The notes under the pieces: model-generated
Told to the model about the DNA's origin: nothing
Seen by the model: the letters and a program-made list of their open reading frames with translations, nothing else
Database searches by the model: none
NCBI GenBank assembly: GCA_038496445.1
Contig: JALMLS010000344.1
Location: 186,001 to 250,000 of the forward strand
Origin: Trichosphaerium sp. ATCC 40318
Taxonomy: Eukaryota; Protista; Tubulinea
Length of the DNA: 64,000 bases
Direction of reading: 5' to 3'
Translations under genes and position numbers: made by a program
Shown here: positions 26,344 to 48,743 of the stretch, one piece after another
Numbering within the stretch: position 1 is the first letter of the stretch
How the letters are laid out: each line of letters begins with the position of its first letter

Positions 26344-27922
26344 TTAATCAAGTTCTTGGATTTCTTCCTGTTGGTGTAGCATTATTGGTTTTTTCTTAAA
26401 TTTATGATAACACTCCTTAGAAATATAATATAAGACTTGCGTAGGAACATCAGAATCAATAGAACCTATTGCTTTATATCCTTCTGGCAAAAACCTGAAA
26501 AAATCAGAAACGTTTAAAAATAAAAACAAACAAGCAAAAACAAAGAGAAAAACAACAATTGGTTTGTCTGCACATCAGGCGTTTTCTTTCGAATCCTGGA
26601 CGGTTAACCCACCCATAGAAATACCTTGCATTACGCTTATTTTGCGTGCAAAAAACAGTATTTTTGTGGGGTTAGGTACTAATTTGAATCTAGAACTGTA
26701 ACCTCTAACAATTTCTGCAAAAGCAAAAAATAAGACAGTTTTTAGGAACGTACTTCATGTCTTTCTTATTTACCCTCAACTCAAGAGAATATTTATCGAC
26801 CGCCCAAAAAATCGGTTGTATAGTAAATGCTGGAACAAAAGGAGGTTGCCTAGGTTTTTTACAAATATCCTTCCAAGCGACACCCATATGCTTTCCATCA
26901 GAATAAAATGATATTTCACCTTTATCCATATCAATCGCACAGCCAACTACTGTTCCTGCTGTCCATGCATTACCATACTCGTAACCGTCCTTAAATCCTC
27001 TATGCCAAGTTTTGATACGTCTGCCATCATACGCATACGAAAATTCATCGTCACCACATCCATCACCAGGGCAGTCTTGGGATGCTGTCTAAGTAAGAAA
27101 TTAAGAATATTTTAAGAAATACGATGTTTGTAATGTACGTAGTTTCCTGGAGATGTTTGCAGAGTAGTCCAACCAATTTGCATTGTTGCAGAAACTAAAA
27201 CAACACATTCATAGTAATACCTATATATAATAAGTACAAAACGTGAACAACTCCATTAAATACGTACTTTCCAGAATATATAGAATAGTTGAGTCGAAAG
27301 GAATCAAAAGTTTTCAATGGTTTAGCTTTACACCCTTCAAAATCTTTTATGGGTATAACATAATTATTCTCTTGAATCTCAGCCATTTGTGAGCGTAATT
27401 TACCAATCTAAACGGGTAAATGTCGAACATCTCTATGAGATACAAAGCGCCGTTAAAAAGATGCATACATTTTGCCAATCCACGTTCACAGCACACCCTG
27501 AAGATAGACAAATCACCTCGTTCCATTGTTTTTGATATCTACACGGGTTAACGTGATTGTTTTTTAAGATAAATGGAAAATACGCATGACAGGAGCTTTG
27601 AATGCGATAATCGATTACTTTGCAACATGTGTGGGTGGAGTATCTCTTACCTGTCTAAATTTTTAAAATAGATAGTGAGGGCATCTAGAGAAGATATACA
27701 AAAGCATTTACAGGTAGTTAAAATACTTTGAAGTGTTTTAACTGTTAAGCTCTTGAAAATATCCTGAATTAATTCTCCAGGTAGTTGTTCTACGCGTGAG
27801 TGAAGCTGTAGTTCGTTATAGCTAATGACATGAATTAAATAAATGAATATGACCTAATAGTACTTGAATCGTTCGATAACTTGATCAAGTCGCTCTTTTA
27901 CGAGTAGATATCGCTTTGACAT
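26344..27922 (-). CDS. F-box + SPRY domain protein
   Basis: F-box LPGELIQDIFKSLTVKTLQSILTTCK splices in frame to SPRY motifs GKYYYEC, MQIGW, GCGDDEFSYAYDG, WTAGTVVGCAIDMDKGEISFY. Confidence 0.85.
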
Positions 27923-28115
27923 ATAAGTTTGTACTCAAAATGGCTTTAGGAGAAAACAATGGACTACTGACTGCCAAATTTGTTTATATTCTGGTTATGA
28001 CACAAAAACCTCCCATTTGGTTCACTGGTTAACTAAGGTTCTACTCTTGCTAATACCCAAGCAGACGAGATAAGCGTTATTTTGTTTTACACATTTGACA
28101 GATGTCAAAGAAGCT

Positions 28116-29021
28116 TCACTTCACTTCATCTTCTTCGACCCACATTACTATTGATATACGCATACCACGTTTCAGTACAATGTTTTCATCACCTCCGTCA
28201 CAAACAGTATTCCGTAGTGCACTAAGTTCATAATTCGCCACTTTATCTTTGTCAATAATATCTTCATCCCTAGGATAAATACCGTGCATGTGCTCTATAC
28301 AATACTTTGTTATTAGTGTATCTTGTACAATAACGTATGACATAGATAAGGCTTACTATAGAAAGCATCACCAGTAAAAGACAGAACGCTATTTGGTTCC
28401 ATGAGCACTGAAGTTGTGGGGTCTCCTAAAGGTTCATCCTATTCGAACTAAATGTCACGTGTTTTTAATGTAACGCCAACGTACAAATAATAACGCATTG
28501 TACACAGGATGTTCGTTGTAATAAAAATCCAATAAACAACTTGAAAATAATGTAACAATCACAGCTTGCTTCCCAAGTGAATCCTTATGAGGCTAAAAAG
28601 ACTTCGTTAGGTGAAAAACGGAACAACTTCGTTGCTTTGAAACTAAAAAATCCTAAAGTACCACTATACAGTATTTTGAGCTATCGTAAACGTTCACGTT
28701 TAATTGAAACGGTTGGTTTTGTACTATTTGCTCTCTTTTTAGTCTATTTATCAAAGGACGCAAAAATGAGGGTATTTCATGCTCTAGTGTTAGATATTAG
28801 GCGTCTAATCTCTCAAAAAAATGATCAACCGTCGTACTGCGCCACTCTTGGGCCTGGATGTACTATTGATCCTTCAGGAAGCTCTTTTAGTGCTAGTATC
28901 TAATTATTAGTGTTTATAAACGCTTGTTACATACTTTTGAAACGAGCTTGACAGCTTCTACAGTGGAAATGAAATTAGGCTCAAAAAATGCACCACTCAA
29001 GCCCACAATAGGCTTTGCCAT
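28116..29021 (-). CDS. AlkB-family 2OG-Fe(II) dioxygenase (ALKBH6-like)
   Basis: PNFIS, LNVNVYD, PHKD (HxD), VLMEPNSVLSF, HGI and RGMRISI supply the Fe and 2OG ligands. Confidence 0.85.
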
Positions 29022-29350
29022 GATTAACCAATAAAGAAAATACCAGAAAACTCAAGTTTATTCATTAAATTAACGGCAACATATTGAAGGCTTTAGAGTG
29101 CTCGGTTCTTAGCACCGAAGTCTGGTATACTGACGGGTTTTGAAATAAACCGAAAACCAGCTAGTTTTGCAACTTGGTACCAAGTTAACCATTACTGTAA
29201 TTTACAATGTTGGGCGGAAGCTATAGTCCGAAGGGCTTCCCAGAAGTTAAAATCACAACAAAAAAGATCAACATAAAACAACCTTACATTCAATCGTCGT
29301 CAATTATTTCAGTATTTTGTACATTAATTTTTCAAGTATTGGTTATAATA

Positions 29351-31646
29351 TTATGAGCACATTTTGAGCGTGTCAGCCGCAAACTGTCGAACATCTCTAT
29401 CAGTATCTTCGAGTAACTTTGTCAACTTTGGTTTAACTGCTGATTGAACAGTTGCAGTGTTCAACGTTGGCAATAATACTTGTAGTGTCTTACACGCATT
29501 GAACCTTATGTTAGGAACACCATCATCGCACATAATAATAACGAGCGGCAACAGGGTTTCATTAATTACTTCTGCGCCAATTGCAGATGATAAAACCTAA
29601 ACATGTGTTAACAAAAGAACACGTGGGTACTAAACTAAAAATCACAAAAAAAAAAATACGTACGGAAATTGCAAATAGAGACGTCATACGATACAAGTAG
29701 TTTTGGTGCTTATGGAGCTCTTTAACCTTTGGCAAGATATTTTGCACAGCCCATGAAACACCAAAGACCTCTGTCAACCTTTTGAGGTTTGTTGTGGCAG
29801 CATCACGAATTGCAAAGACGCAATCGCCTAACCAATTCATACAAAGATTGCCTAATTTCTCGTCGAAAAAGTCAACGCCCTAAAGTAGTAATAAATACAG
29901 GTCCACTGAACAACCAAAAATAACTCGTACAAGTTGTTTTGCAAGAAGTGGAATATACTCAATGATAGCTAATCTAACACGCCATTGTCTGTCTTCAGCT
30001 AGTCCAACAATTGCTGGCAATAAATTTTGTGATAAGAGCTGATGACCAATCACTTTGTCTACTTCTTCAAGCTTGCTTATAATCGATAAGCGTACTTCTG
30101 GGTAATCATCTTGAAGAAGTTGCAAGAATAACTTTAATAATTGATCAGTAGTGTTCTCTTTACCAAATAAAGGTGCCAAACCCATGACATCAGACGCCAA
30201 AGCGGCTATATTATGGTTAGCAATTACCAAAAAAAAAAGTAAAAAAAGAAAAAAAATTACGCAGTACCTCTGACATGTTGTGATTCATCCTTGACCAGTG
30301 AAGTGATGCAAGGCAGGAAGTGTTTTACGGTTTCTTCATAACCAATAATCTTCGCGACACCAGTGATTTTACTGGCAGCAGCTGTACGCACTTCAGCTTC
30401 AGTATCCTTTAATAACTTTACAAAAGCATCAACGAGGTACTCTACTGCAATTTCGTGACCAAGACCATCTGTCAACTACACTAAATGAGTACGCTATCAA
30501 AACAAAAAGAAAGTGGCACCTTTATAAAATTTTCTGCTACCATGTATCTGACGCGCCAAGACTTATCTACAGCACATTTTTGTACAGCAGGTAGTATCAA
30601 AGCAAGGTTATCAGCTTTTTCGAATACAGCAGAAATCACAACACAGTTTTCAACAGCAAGGAGGCGAACTGAATCTTGCTCGTCATCAGAAAGACGGGCG
30701 AAAATTGGCATAATGTCAACTTTGACGTGTTCTGCTTTCATTGTTTTTGCAAAGTCCTTCAAATGTGTTGAAGCTGCTCTTCTTACCATAGGTGTATCAT
30801 CTTGACTTAATTGAGCAAATAACCTTCGTTGTATAAACACGATGCGCCACGGTAATACAAATATTTAAAAAATCGTACTTTCGGAGCTGGGTTTGCTCTT
30901 CTTCAGAGACACGTGGGTATGTGGCTGCAAATAGACCACAAGCAGATGTACGACTAGTAAACCAATCACCACTTCCAAGACGCTTTAGAACAGGCATAAA
31001 CGTTGCTGAAAATTCTTTGTCGGGGATTTGTTGTGCAATATTTGCGAGAGCCTCTACCGCCTTGTACGAGTAAGTTAACGCGCCAAATAAAAAAAATCGG
31101 CCTTTACAAACACAATCTATGCGTTTTTCGTGGTGATACAATTGAGCCGAAAAAACAAAAAAAGAAGCCGAGTAAAAAAAAACCCTTTCTATTTTCTCGC
31201 ATTTGGGTACCTTATCTCGCACTAGAGTTTCCTCAACCGTTGAGAGTAATTCGAGTGGTTTCAATAGCGTGTGCGCGTACGCTGGACCTCCCACATAGTC
31301 TACAAAATTTGATAGTTCCTCTGTAAGGGCAAGCAATACTTCGTCTTCGTCGTCCACGGATCCTACTCAGATTTAATAACGCAACCAAGTGGTTTGTTAA
31401 CGGAATTCGGCGCTTCCGTGGTTGCAAGCCAAAAAAATAAAAGCCTCGTTGCTCACCTGACAGGAATGGTATGAGTTCATCTCTAGTGCGTTGTGGGCCT
31501 AATGCTTTGGCGATTGTGCTTAAACGACGAATAGCATTGAGGCGCAATTGTACATCTTCTCCACGCTTTAACTCATCAATTAGAACAGCAATGGGATAAA
31601 GCTCATCGTTCTGATCCGCGTTGCTTCCGTTCACTGGTGTGGACAT
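29351..31646 (-). CDS. PPP2R1A: Protein phosphatase 2A scaffold (A) subunit, HEAT repeats
   Basis: [75 protein letters not shown]. Confidence 0.98.
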
Positions 31647-32130
31647 TGCCTATGCGCGTATTAGCACCGGTGGCGTATCGTTGTGCAAATCAGCAAAGAA
31701 AGTCGCAAGCACGTTTGACAATACACATTGTGCCGCTATTTTTATTTAGGAGGAGTTTTGAATAAAAGTAACCGGTCAATAAAGGGTTTAGAAGATCACT
31801 AGTAGATCTGGCCTGATCCTTAAAATAAGGAGTAGAATACTGCCAACATACGCGTACCGTTGTGGTGTTGTGTGGGAAGTGTGTAAATTAGTAAAGCTAA
31901 GCAGTCAAACGACGTAAATAAATTATTGTTACCCTTCGCGTGCACAGTAACGTACTTACTGTGTGAACATTTATTGAGTGGCGTTAATTGCCAAAGGTAG
32001 TCAAAGTGTCAAACGCTACTTGTGACACTGCTCAGTTGTGCACTTAGTACGCTATGTATGCCATTGATTCAATGGAAGAGATAAAAATAAATCAAATCCG
32101 TTTTATTTTACATGCAACACAGCAATTAGG

Positions 32131-34803
32131 TTACTTGAGTGAGTCAAACCTCTGCAAGAAGCGTTTTCGTGTTGCGCTTGCGTAATCATCTTCTGGTGTA
32201 ACTTGAAACATTGGGTTACAAGCTGCATTACCGAGACCTACCATCACAAGTTATAAACCAAATAGTTAGGTTGCAAATCCGTACCTTGACCTTCAGCCAT
32301 TATCTGTACTTGTATAGGTTCTGTACGGCCTTGCTCGTTTTTACCTAGGCCACCTCCTCTCCAACCCATCATCTTCATCATTTGGGCACCAACGCCACTG
32401 GCCGGTTCTGGTTCAGGTGATGCAGCTAGATGGGTTAATAAACACTTACTCTATGCTTGGCGCATGTACCTTGTTGTCGCTTTGCAGCCTCTGGGTTTTG
32501 TTCCCATGGACTCTTCCTCTTCATACCTAAACCAAGAGGTGCATCATCGTCAAAATTTGCAGCTGGCGTGTCAGTCGTTGCCACTGCTGTAGGTTGTGGA
32601 GCAGGCGTTTGAGCTGGTTCGGGCTGTGCTTGTTCTTGACTCTTCTTTTGTTCCAACAACTGTTTTCGCAGTGCTTCCAAATTGCGCTAGACATGTTAGC
32701 AAACTACAAAGCCAATAAAATATACCTCATGCAATGGAGATTCGTTGACATGCTTTTGTAATTTCTTTTCCGAGCCAAATTGCTTGCGACATAACAAACA
32801 TATCTTTCCATGTGTGATTTGAGGTAATTCTATTTCTGGTTCTTTAGGCGCTCGCTTTGGCTTACGTTGCCGTGCTTTTTTCTGCAGCAAAGTAAACATC
32901 AAACAAAACAAAGGTAAAAATCTTACCTTCTGCTTGCGAGCTGCTGGGTTTGGAATAAAACCCGAAGACACAACGCCCACATCTTCTGACGGCAATTCAG
33001 GACCAATGGCATCAACGTCACTGATTTCTTTTGATTTCTGAGACCACTTCGCTAAGTTTTGAGATACAGCTTTTGACTGTTTCTTTTTGGAAACAACAGC
33101 AGGTTTCTTTACTTCAGTAGGTTTTACTTCTTCGCTCTCAACTTCTGGTTTTGTAGGTGCTTGGACCGGTTCCACTGTATTTGGAGCCGGTTGAAGTACA
33201 TATTGTTGTGTTGTGTAATCCCATTTATAGTATTGGGCACTATGAGGTTGATAATAGATTTGTGTGGTGGCGTTAAAATACATTTGCGTGTTGTTGTCAT
33301 ATTTCCAGTCAGTTGAATCTACAAAATATTTAACCCCAACTCTCCTAATGCTACTACGTACCTTGGATCTGTTTTGGAGTACTATCTGGACGCGGTGTAG
33401 GACCTTGTGGGGCAATTTCGGCCTCACCAGACGCACTTTTCTCTCCAATAACATCATAAAAATTCGCTAGCGAAGTGTCCATCGATTCTTTCAACGGTTC
33501 TTCCTTAGCTTCATTACCACCTGTTACTACATGATGTGCGCCGGAAGTATAATACTGGATATATTCTTCATTATCAATCGGTTCAGGATCGCGATTGTGG
33601 TGATCTGGTGCGCCATCACTGTGTGGGTTGCGCTCAGCGTACGACAAGCGAATTGTAGAACCACAAAAAGTAGTCTGTGTGCCAAGCATTTGCATCGCGT
33701 AAACAGCTTCCTCGACTGTGTTGAATTCAGTAAATGCGAAACCGCGTGGGGCATTAGTGACTTTGTCACGTATGAGCCGAATTTCTTTGATTTGAGCGTG
33801 AGGAGCAAACAACTGGCTCAACTAAGCACTGTTATTACCAAAGTTTCATGCAAAATCAAGCAACTTCGTATTCAGTTATGTGTAAAGGCAATCCTCGAGT
33901 AAGAATGACTCGCGTTGGTCCAGATACTTGCATCCCGCGTGGAACTTGCTGTGCGGTCTCAGGGCGTCGCGTCTTGCAGGAGAAGCACTCTACACGACGT
34001 GCAAAGTTGCGACAAGAACATGCAGGGCATATCCAATCCATAGGCTTGCTCCTATCATTAGACGCGTGCCTTGAGTGATCGCGATGAGGTTGGTTCTTAC
34101 TTTCAGTTGCGTAACGAATTTCAACCCATCGGTCATCTGGACACCTCATTAGCCAGTACAAAAAACAGAAATTAGTTGATTCGTGAAATACGTACTCAGT
34201 TGAAGCCAACCGTCTTTGTGTTGGTCTACAAATGCTACTGCGTCTTGTATAGCAGGGAATTCTACAAAAGCAAAGCCTCTGGACTCACCAGATATTTTGT
34301 CTTTAATTAGGCGTACTGCTTCTACACGTCCGAAGACTTTTACAAAATCTGCAATCTTAACGACATTGTTAGAAATATTGTGACGTTTAATATCCAAAAG
34401 CTGAGTTGTACCATATCCCTTGTGGTGCTTAACGATAATCCACGAAACATTACAATCTTTGTTGGTTCCATTGGCTTTGCATCGCGTTCATTGTTGCGCC
34501 ATCGATCAGGCTCGCGTCGTCGACTGTCTCTCTGATCGTTTTTGTTATTTTAATGCAGACAAAACGCCTTGTTCGCGAAACCTCTTCGAAGCCTCGAAAT
34601 TTATCGTGACGCCAATCCTTCTCATTATCTGCATTCCTCTCATATGGTCGATTGCGACCTCTGTCTCTGCTTCTGTCCCTATCATAATTGCGATCTCTAT
34701 CTCTATGACTGTAGCGATCCCTATTCCCATAGTCGCGGTCTCTGCTATTATCGTAGCTACGGCGACGTGGGCTGCGATCTCTACTCCTATTGTAGTCACT
34801 CAT
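32131..34803 (-). CDS. RBM5/RBM10-like splicing regulator (RD repeat, RRM, RanBP2 ZnF, RRM, OCRE, C2H2, G-patch)
   Basis: SRGFAFVEF, DWICPACSCRNFARRVECFSC, PRGFAFTEF, YDNNTQMYFNATTQIYY, CLLCRKQF...H....LH, GAQMMKMMGWRGGGLGKNEQG. Confidence 0.93.
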
Positions 34804-34924
34804 TGGTATTTAATACCTGCGTGGGTGTGGGAGGCAACTGTTTTGTGTGTAGGTCAAGTTCGTTCGTTACACTTAACGAATGTTCTGTGCCTTATAACTT
34901 CCAGCAACTTTCCCAACTGCGAGT
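34804..34924. promoter_or_regulatory. Putative bidirectional promoter between RBM5/10-like and SPB1
   Basis: Divergent start codons 121 nt apart. Confidence 0.5.
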
Positions 34925-37829
34925 ATGAGTAAAACGAAGAAGGGAAAGGGACGGTTAGATCAGTGGTATCGCCTAGCTAAGGAAGTTGGTTTCCGTTCGC
35001 GTGCCTCGTTCAAACTTGTACAATTAAATCAAAAATTTGATTTCCTACGCAAGAGTAATGTAATTATTGATTTATGTGCTGCTCCAGGTGGTTGGTATGG
35101 TTTTTTACATGGCATTTCCCAACTATTTTATTAACTGCTATAAAAGGCTGCAAGTATGCGCCAAGTACATGCCATTCGAGAAGGTGCTAATTGGTGTTGA
35201 TTTGGACCCTATTCGACCAATTCCAGGCGTAATAACGTTCCAAGCTGATATTCTCACCGCCGCGTGTGTATCTCAGCTCAAGGGATACCTAAAAGGCGCA
35301 AAAGCAGATGTGTAAGCATTTTGGACTACATATTTCTAAACTATCTGTTCGCTTACGCTCTTCATAGTGTGCTTCATGATGGTGCACCAAATGTGGCTGG
35401 TAACTACGCTTCGGATGCGTACAAACAGAATGAACTTGTTCTTCACTCTCTCAGACTTGCCACCAAGTTTCTAAACAAAGGCGGTATGTGCTACCTCACT
35501 ATGTTTTCAATATTTTACAAACGACACAACTAACACTGGCAGGTATGTTTGTAACAAAGATTTTTCGCAGTAGAGATTTCAACTCAGTCATGTGGGTTTT
35601 GAACCATTTATTCCGTTCTGTACACCAAAGTAAACCTCCTTCGTCTCGTACGACATCTTCAGAGACGTTTCTCGTATGTCAAGACTATTACGCACCAGCA
35701 AAGATTGATCCAAAGTACTGTTTTGTGTTGATAACTAGCCAAAGCTAATGATTGCAATTTAGAATGTTCGATCCAAAACAAGTATTCAAAGAGCTTCCAA
35801 AGGAAGAATCAGGAAAGGTTTCAATGTTGTGGCATAAAAAACGTGACAAGAACAGAGAAGGATACGATCCATCGCTTGGTACGCAAAGAAAACTGTTATT
35901 ATTTTATTTTATTTTCCAATGGCGGCTTCTAGTACAGTTTCTAACAGTTTATAGGTATGTTGCTCTACAATCCAGTACCAGTATCCGAGTTCGTCATTGC
36001 AGAAAACCCAGTAACAGTATTGTTGAAGGCAACTAAGCTCATCTTCGAGGGAGATCAGGATAAATTGTACAAATCTACAATCTGTCAATCAAAAATACTA
36101 ACTGAGATTTTGTTAGGATTGAAAAACATCCTCTCACTAATGAAGATATAAAGCACATGTTCACAGATTTGAAAGTGAGAAGTAAGCGTGACTATCAACG
36201 CATTTTGAAGTGGCGCACACGAATTCGAGAACAACTCGACTTGGAGGAAGATGACGAAGAGGAAGAAGAACAACGAAAACCTGATGGCAGAAAAGAAGGA
36301 CCATTAGTCAAAATCCAAAAACAAGCACGTGACTCTTAACCCTGTCAACAATTACAAAACTCTGCATTGTTTTTCCTACCCAGCTTTATTATTAATAACA
36401 GCAATTAGATGGACGAAGCTGATGCTAAGGATCGAAGAGAACTCAAAAAGAGACTAAGAAAATTGCGAAAAGAAAAAGACAAACATCAAAGCCGTGACGC
36501 ATCCACCGTTCTTATTACACCTGAAGCAGATACTGATATCTTCCAACTTTCTGATATGTCAGGAGACAAGCTTGAGAAATTCAAGAATCAAGCTGTAAAC
36601 AACGTTCCACTAGAATCCTACATTACAGGCGAAAATCCAGGAGATTTCGACGAAGAAGTTAAAAAATATATTGACGGTAATGCTCACTGGTTGGGTGAAG
36701 TACAAGAGCAAGAAGATTATCTATACGAGCGTCAATTAAACTTAATGAAGACGCGTGGTATGGTAAAAGACAGAGTTATAGTAGAGCCGTTTGAGGAGGT
36801 TAAAGAAATCTTCGCTGAAGAAAATGAAGTTAACATGGACGAACTTGACGATGCCGATGCTTACCCCGAAGAAGAAGAACAACCTCACGATTTACTTGTA
36901 GAGCCTGTTGTACCAAGAATGTCTGCAGGTGCAAAAACAGCAATGTGGTTCGACAACGACCTCTTCAATGAGCTCGTAGGTGATACTTCGGAGATCCAAG
37001 AACTTGAAACAGAACAACGGGGCTCTAAGCGTCAAAATGATGGTGATGACTACGGGCAACCACCTTCAAAGAAACAACGTAAAGGAGATAAAGAGGAACA
37101 CAGTTCCGTCAGCTCAGATGACGAGTCTGATGAGGAAGAAAAAATAGATTTAAATGATCACTTTTTATCTATTGAGGAAAAAGCCGAATTCTTGGCAATG
37201 GGTAAAGCTATGCAGGACCCACAAGAGCGTGCTAGGATAGTAGACTTTGGTATAGGTAAAAACGCTAGACCAGCGGGTGAAGACTTGCCAGAATGGTTTG
37301 TCGATGACGAACGTCAAGCAAACCCAGTTTTTCTGCCTGTTGAAAAACAGAACTTTGAACATTTTGCGAATGAATTGAAGCCTCTTAATGCCAGAAACTC
37401 CAAGAAGATTATTGAAGCAAAGATAAGAAAGAAGAAGAGATTACATAGAGGAATTCAAAAAGCTCAAGAAAAGACAAGAGGTATCTTGCAAGCTGATTAT
37501 TTGAGTAACGCACAAAAAATGAAGTATATCCAAAAAGAAATGAACAAACAAATTAATGGAAGACGTAATAACCCTAGAAAGGCTGTAGTAGTAGCGAAGA
37601 AGTTTAACCAAGGCAGTTTTGCATCTGGTGTTCGCGTCAAGGTTCGTATAATGAAAAAGCATTTTTCCTCTTTTTTTTTTTTTGCAAGTACTTTTTTTGT
37701 TGACGTTCTGTACTTTAGGTTGTAGATAAGAGAATGAAAAAAGATCTTCGCGCAGACAAAAGACGTGCCAAGGATAAGAGAACTCATAAAAAGGGCCACA
37801 GAGCACTATCAAGGCACAAGAAGCGCTAG
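34925..37829 (+). CDS. SPB1: rRNA 2'-O-methyltransferase Spb1/FTSJ3
   Basis: [82 protein letters not shown]. Confidence 0.97.
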
Positions 37830-38027
37830 AAATCAGAACGTTAATGTACTTGTAAAATATAACAAATCAAACAGTAAATCTATGCATGTCATTGAACCAC
37901 ATTTTTTTTGTTACTACGTGACAATGCCTCAACAGCATACTAGAAGTTAAAAGTGTCTAAACTTAAAGAGAGGGTTTTGTTAAGTGAGCTCTTTGAACAA
38001 AGAAATAATCAGTTAAAGTTGTTCCCA

Positions 38028-39359
38028 ATGTCTCAAAAAGTACGAAAACTGATGTGCTGGTATTTCGCTTTCTAACGTTGAAACAAAGATGTACCAAGTT
38101 GATGCCTTCACAAACAAAGTTTTTGGAGGTAACCCTGCGGCTGTATGCATAGTAGATCCAAAAAACGAGGTATGTCAAGTTATAAAGTTACTAGAGTTCT
38201 CATGGGCATTGTAGCCTTCAGACGCATTCAAACAGAGCCTAGCGCAAGAAATGAACTTGTCTGAGACAGCTTTTCTGGTACCAAAAGAAAATGGTTACTC
38301 CCTACGCTGGTTCACGCCTGCTCGCGAAGTAAGGTCCACACAAGAGTATTGTTTACAATAATACGCTCATAGGTTGAGTTGTGCGGTCACGCCACATTGG
38401 CGAGCGCTCACGTGCTTTATTCCACGGGAGCTATAGCGAAAGACGATACTGTACGTGTGAAACTCAGGGAAGTCACAAGATAGTTGACATGAATTTTTTT
38501 ATGTAGGCAGTGTTTCATACAAAATTCAGAGGTACCTTAACATGTCAGTTAAAAGGTGATTGGATAGAAATGGTACATAAAACACTGTTCTCATGTCTTT
38601 AACATTCTGTGAAAGGATTTCCCAGTGCAGCCTGAGAGTGAAGCAACAGCGCCAAAAGAAGTACGAAAATATGATGCTATTAAGCTAACGTTTGTTATTA
38701 GCTTGGGGAAAGTGTAAGCGGTGTTGATATCAAGTATGTTGGTAAAAACGTCGATGACTACATCGTGCTTGTTGACAGTGAAGCAACATTACGTATGGAG
38801 GTGTGAGGCTGCGAACAATCTGATTCTAGTAGGCTCGTTGGCACCCGACATGCACCTTTTAGGCAAAGTTGAGACCAGAGGAATAATATTCACAGCCAAG
38901 GCAAACGAAGACTCAGGTAACAGTACCACAATAATTGCAGACTAATTTTTTGTAGAGTACGATTTTGTATCACGATTTTTTGCACCAAGATGTGGCATTG
39001 ATGAAGGTGCTTCTTTGTTTTCTTACAAGAAACTATTACTTTCAGTAACAACTAACTACCCTAGATCCTGTCACTGGAAGTGCACACTGCTGCCTGGTAC
39101 GGCACGTGTTTCTCATGTATATCTTATTATGTTGTAGGCGCCTTTCTGGATAAAACGATTGGGTAAACCAGAACTCACAGGATATCAAGCAAGTAGCCGT
39201 GGAGGCACGGTCAAAGTGAAGGTAAGTAGTACTTAGTGCAATTCCAATTGCCTGTAACGTATAATGGGTTCTAACCGGCCTCAGGTCACAGGAGATAGAG
39301 TTCAACTTCAAGGGCAAGCTAAAACAGTATTTGAAGCAGTATTAAATACAACTGTGTAA
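38028..39359 (+). CDS. PhzF family (phenazine biosynthesis-like/PBLD) isomerase
   Basis: YQVDAFT, GGNPAAVC, EMNLSETAF, LRWFTP..EVELCGHATLA, SRFFAP, EDPVTGSAH, QASSRGG. About 11 short introns. Confidence 0.93.
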
Positions 39360-40004
39360 ATCTACGTAATTATACGACCCGCAAACCCTCTGAACGGCAC
39401 ATACACCGATTTCGATATAAACGGAGGTATTGTGAAATGTAGTTGCTATTCGCAGCACGTGCTGTCCCGCAGTTATATCTTTGTAAGTGTTTTGAAGGTG
39501 TTTGGCCATTGAGCTAGTATTAAAAACAATTGCGAGTGGTTCAAAAATATCTCGTTCTACAGACATCTTATAGTGTTAACGGTGTTTACTGATGATACAG
39601 GATCAACAGCCATGCCATATTTGACAGTTTAATGGCGAGATATCGAATTTCTGTGTCAAACATAACGCAGGCATTTTATTCTCTCTTGTGGTGTAAATCG
39701 CGTAGGCAGTAACACGTTTGGTACATAACCGCGATATAAATCAGTACAATCAATGTGGTGGACACAAAGTTAAAATGACACTCACTACACGCTTTTCGCG
39801 TGCCTGTACCTTACATAGGCAAATCATCTAAACGAAACAGTTCACAAACCGATTAATCCCACATTTAATTACGCTGCACAACTACTGCGTTAGCACACAT
39901 ACGTTTAAACGGTGCTAGGTTGATTAAAAACAAAGGTCAACAATATTTCACGACCTTTCTCTCTCAACAGAGTTGTACATGACAGATATCCCGCCATCGC
40001 GTCC

Positions 40005-48743
<8,739 letters not shown>

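Noticed and set aside
34420-34932. Plus-strand ORFs opposite the 5' end of the RBM5/10-like gene
   Set aside because: Antisense artefacts of the RD/RS repeat.
38028-39359. PhzF gene as evidence of a phenazine biosynthetic cluster
   Set aside because: No other phz genes are nearby, and PhzF/PBLD homologs are widespread in eukaryotes.
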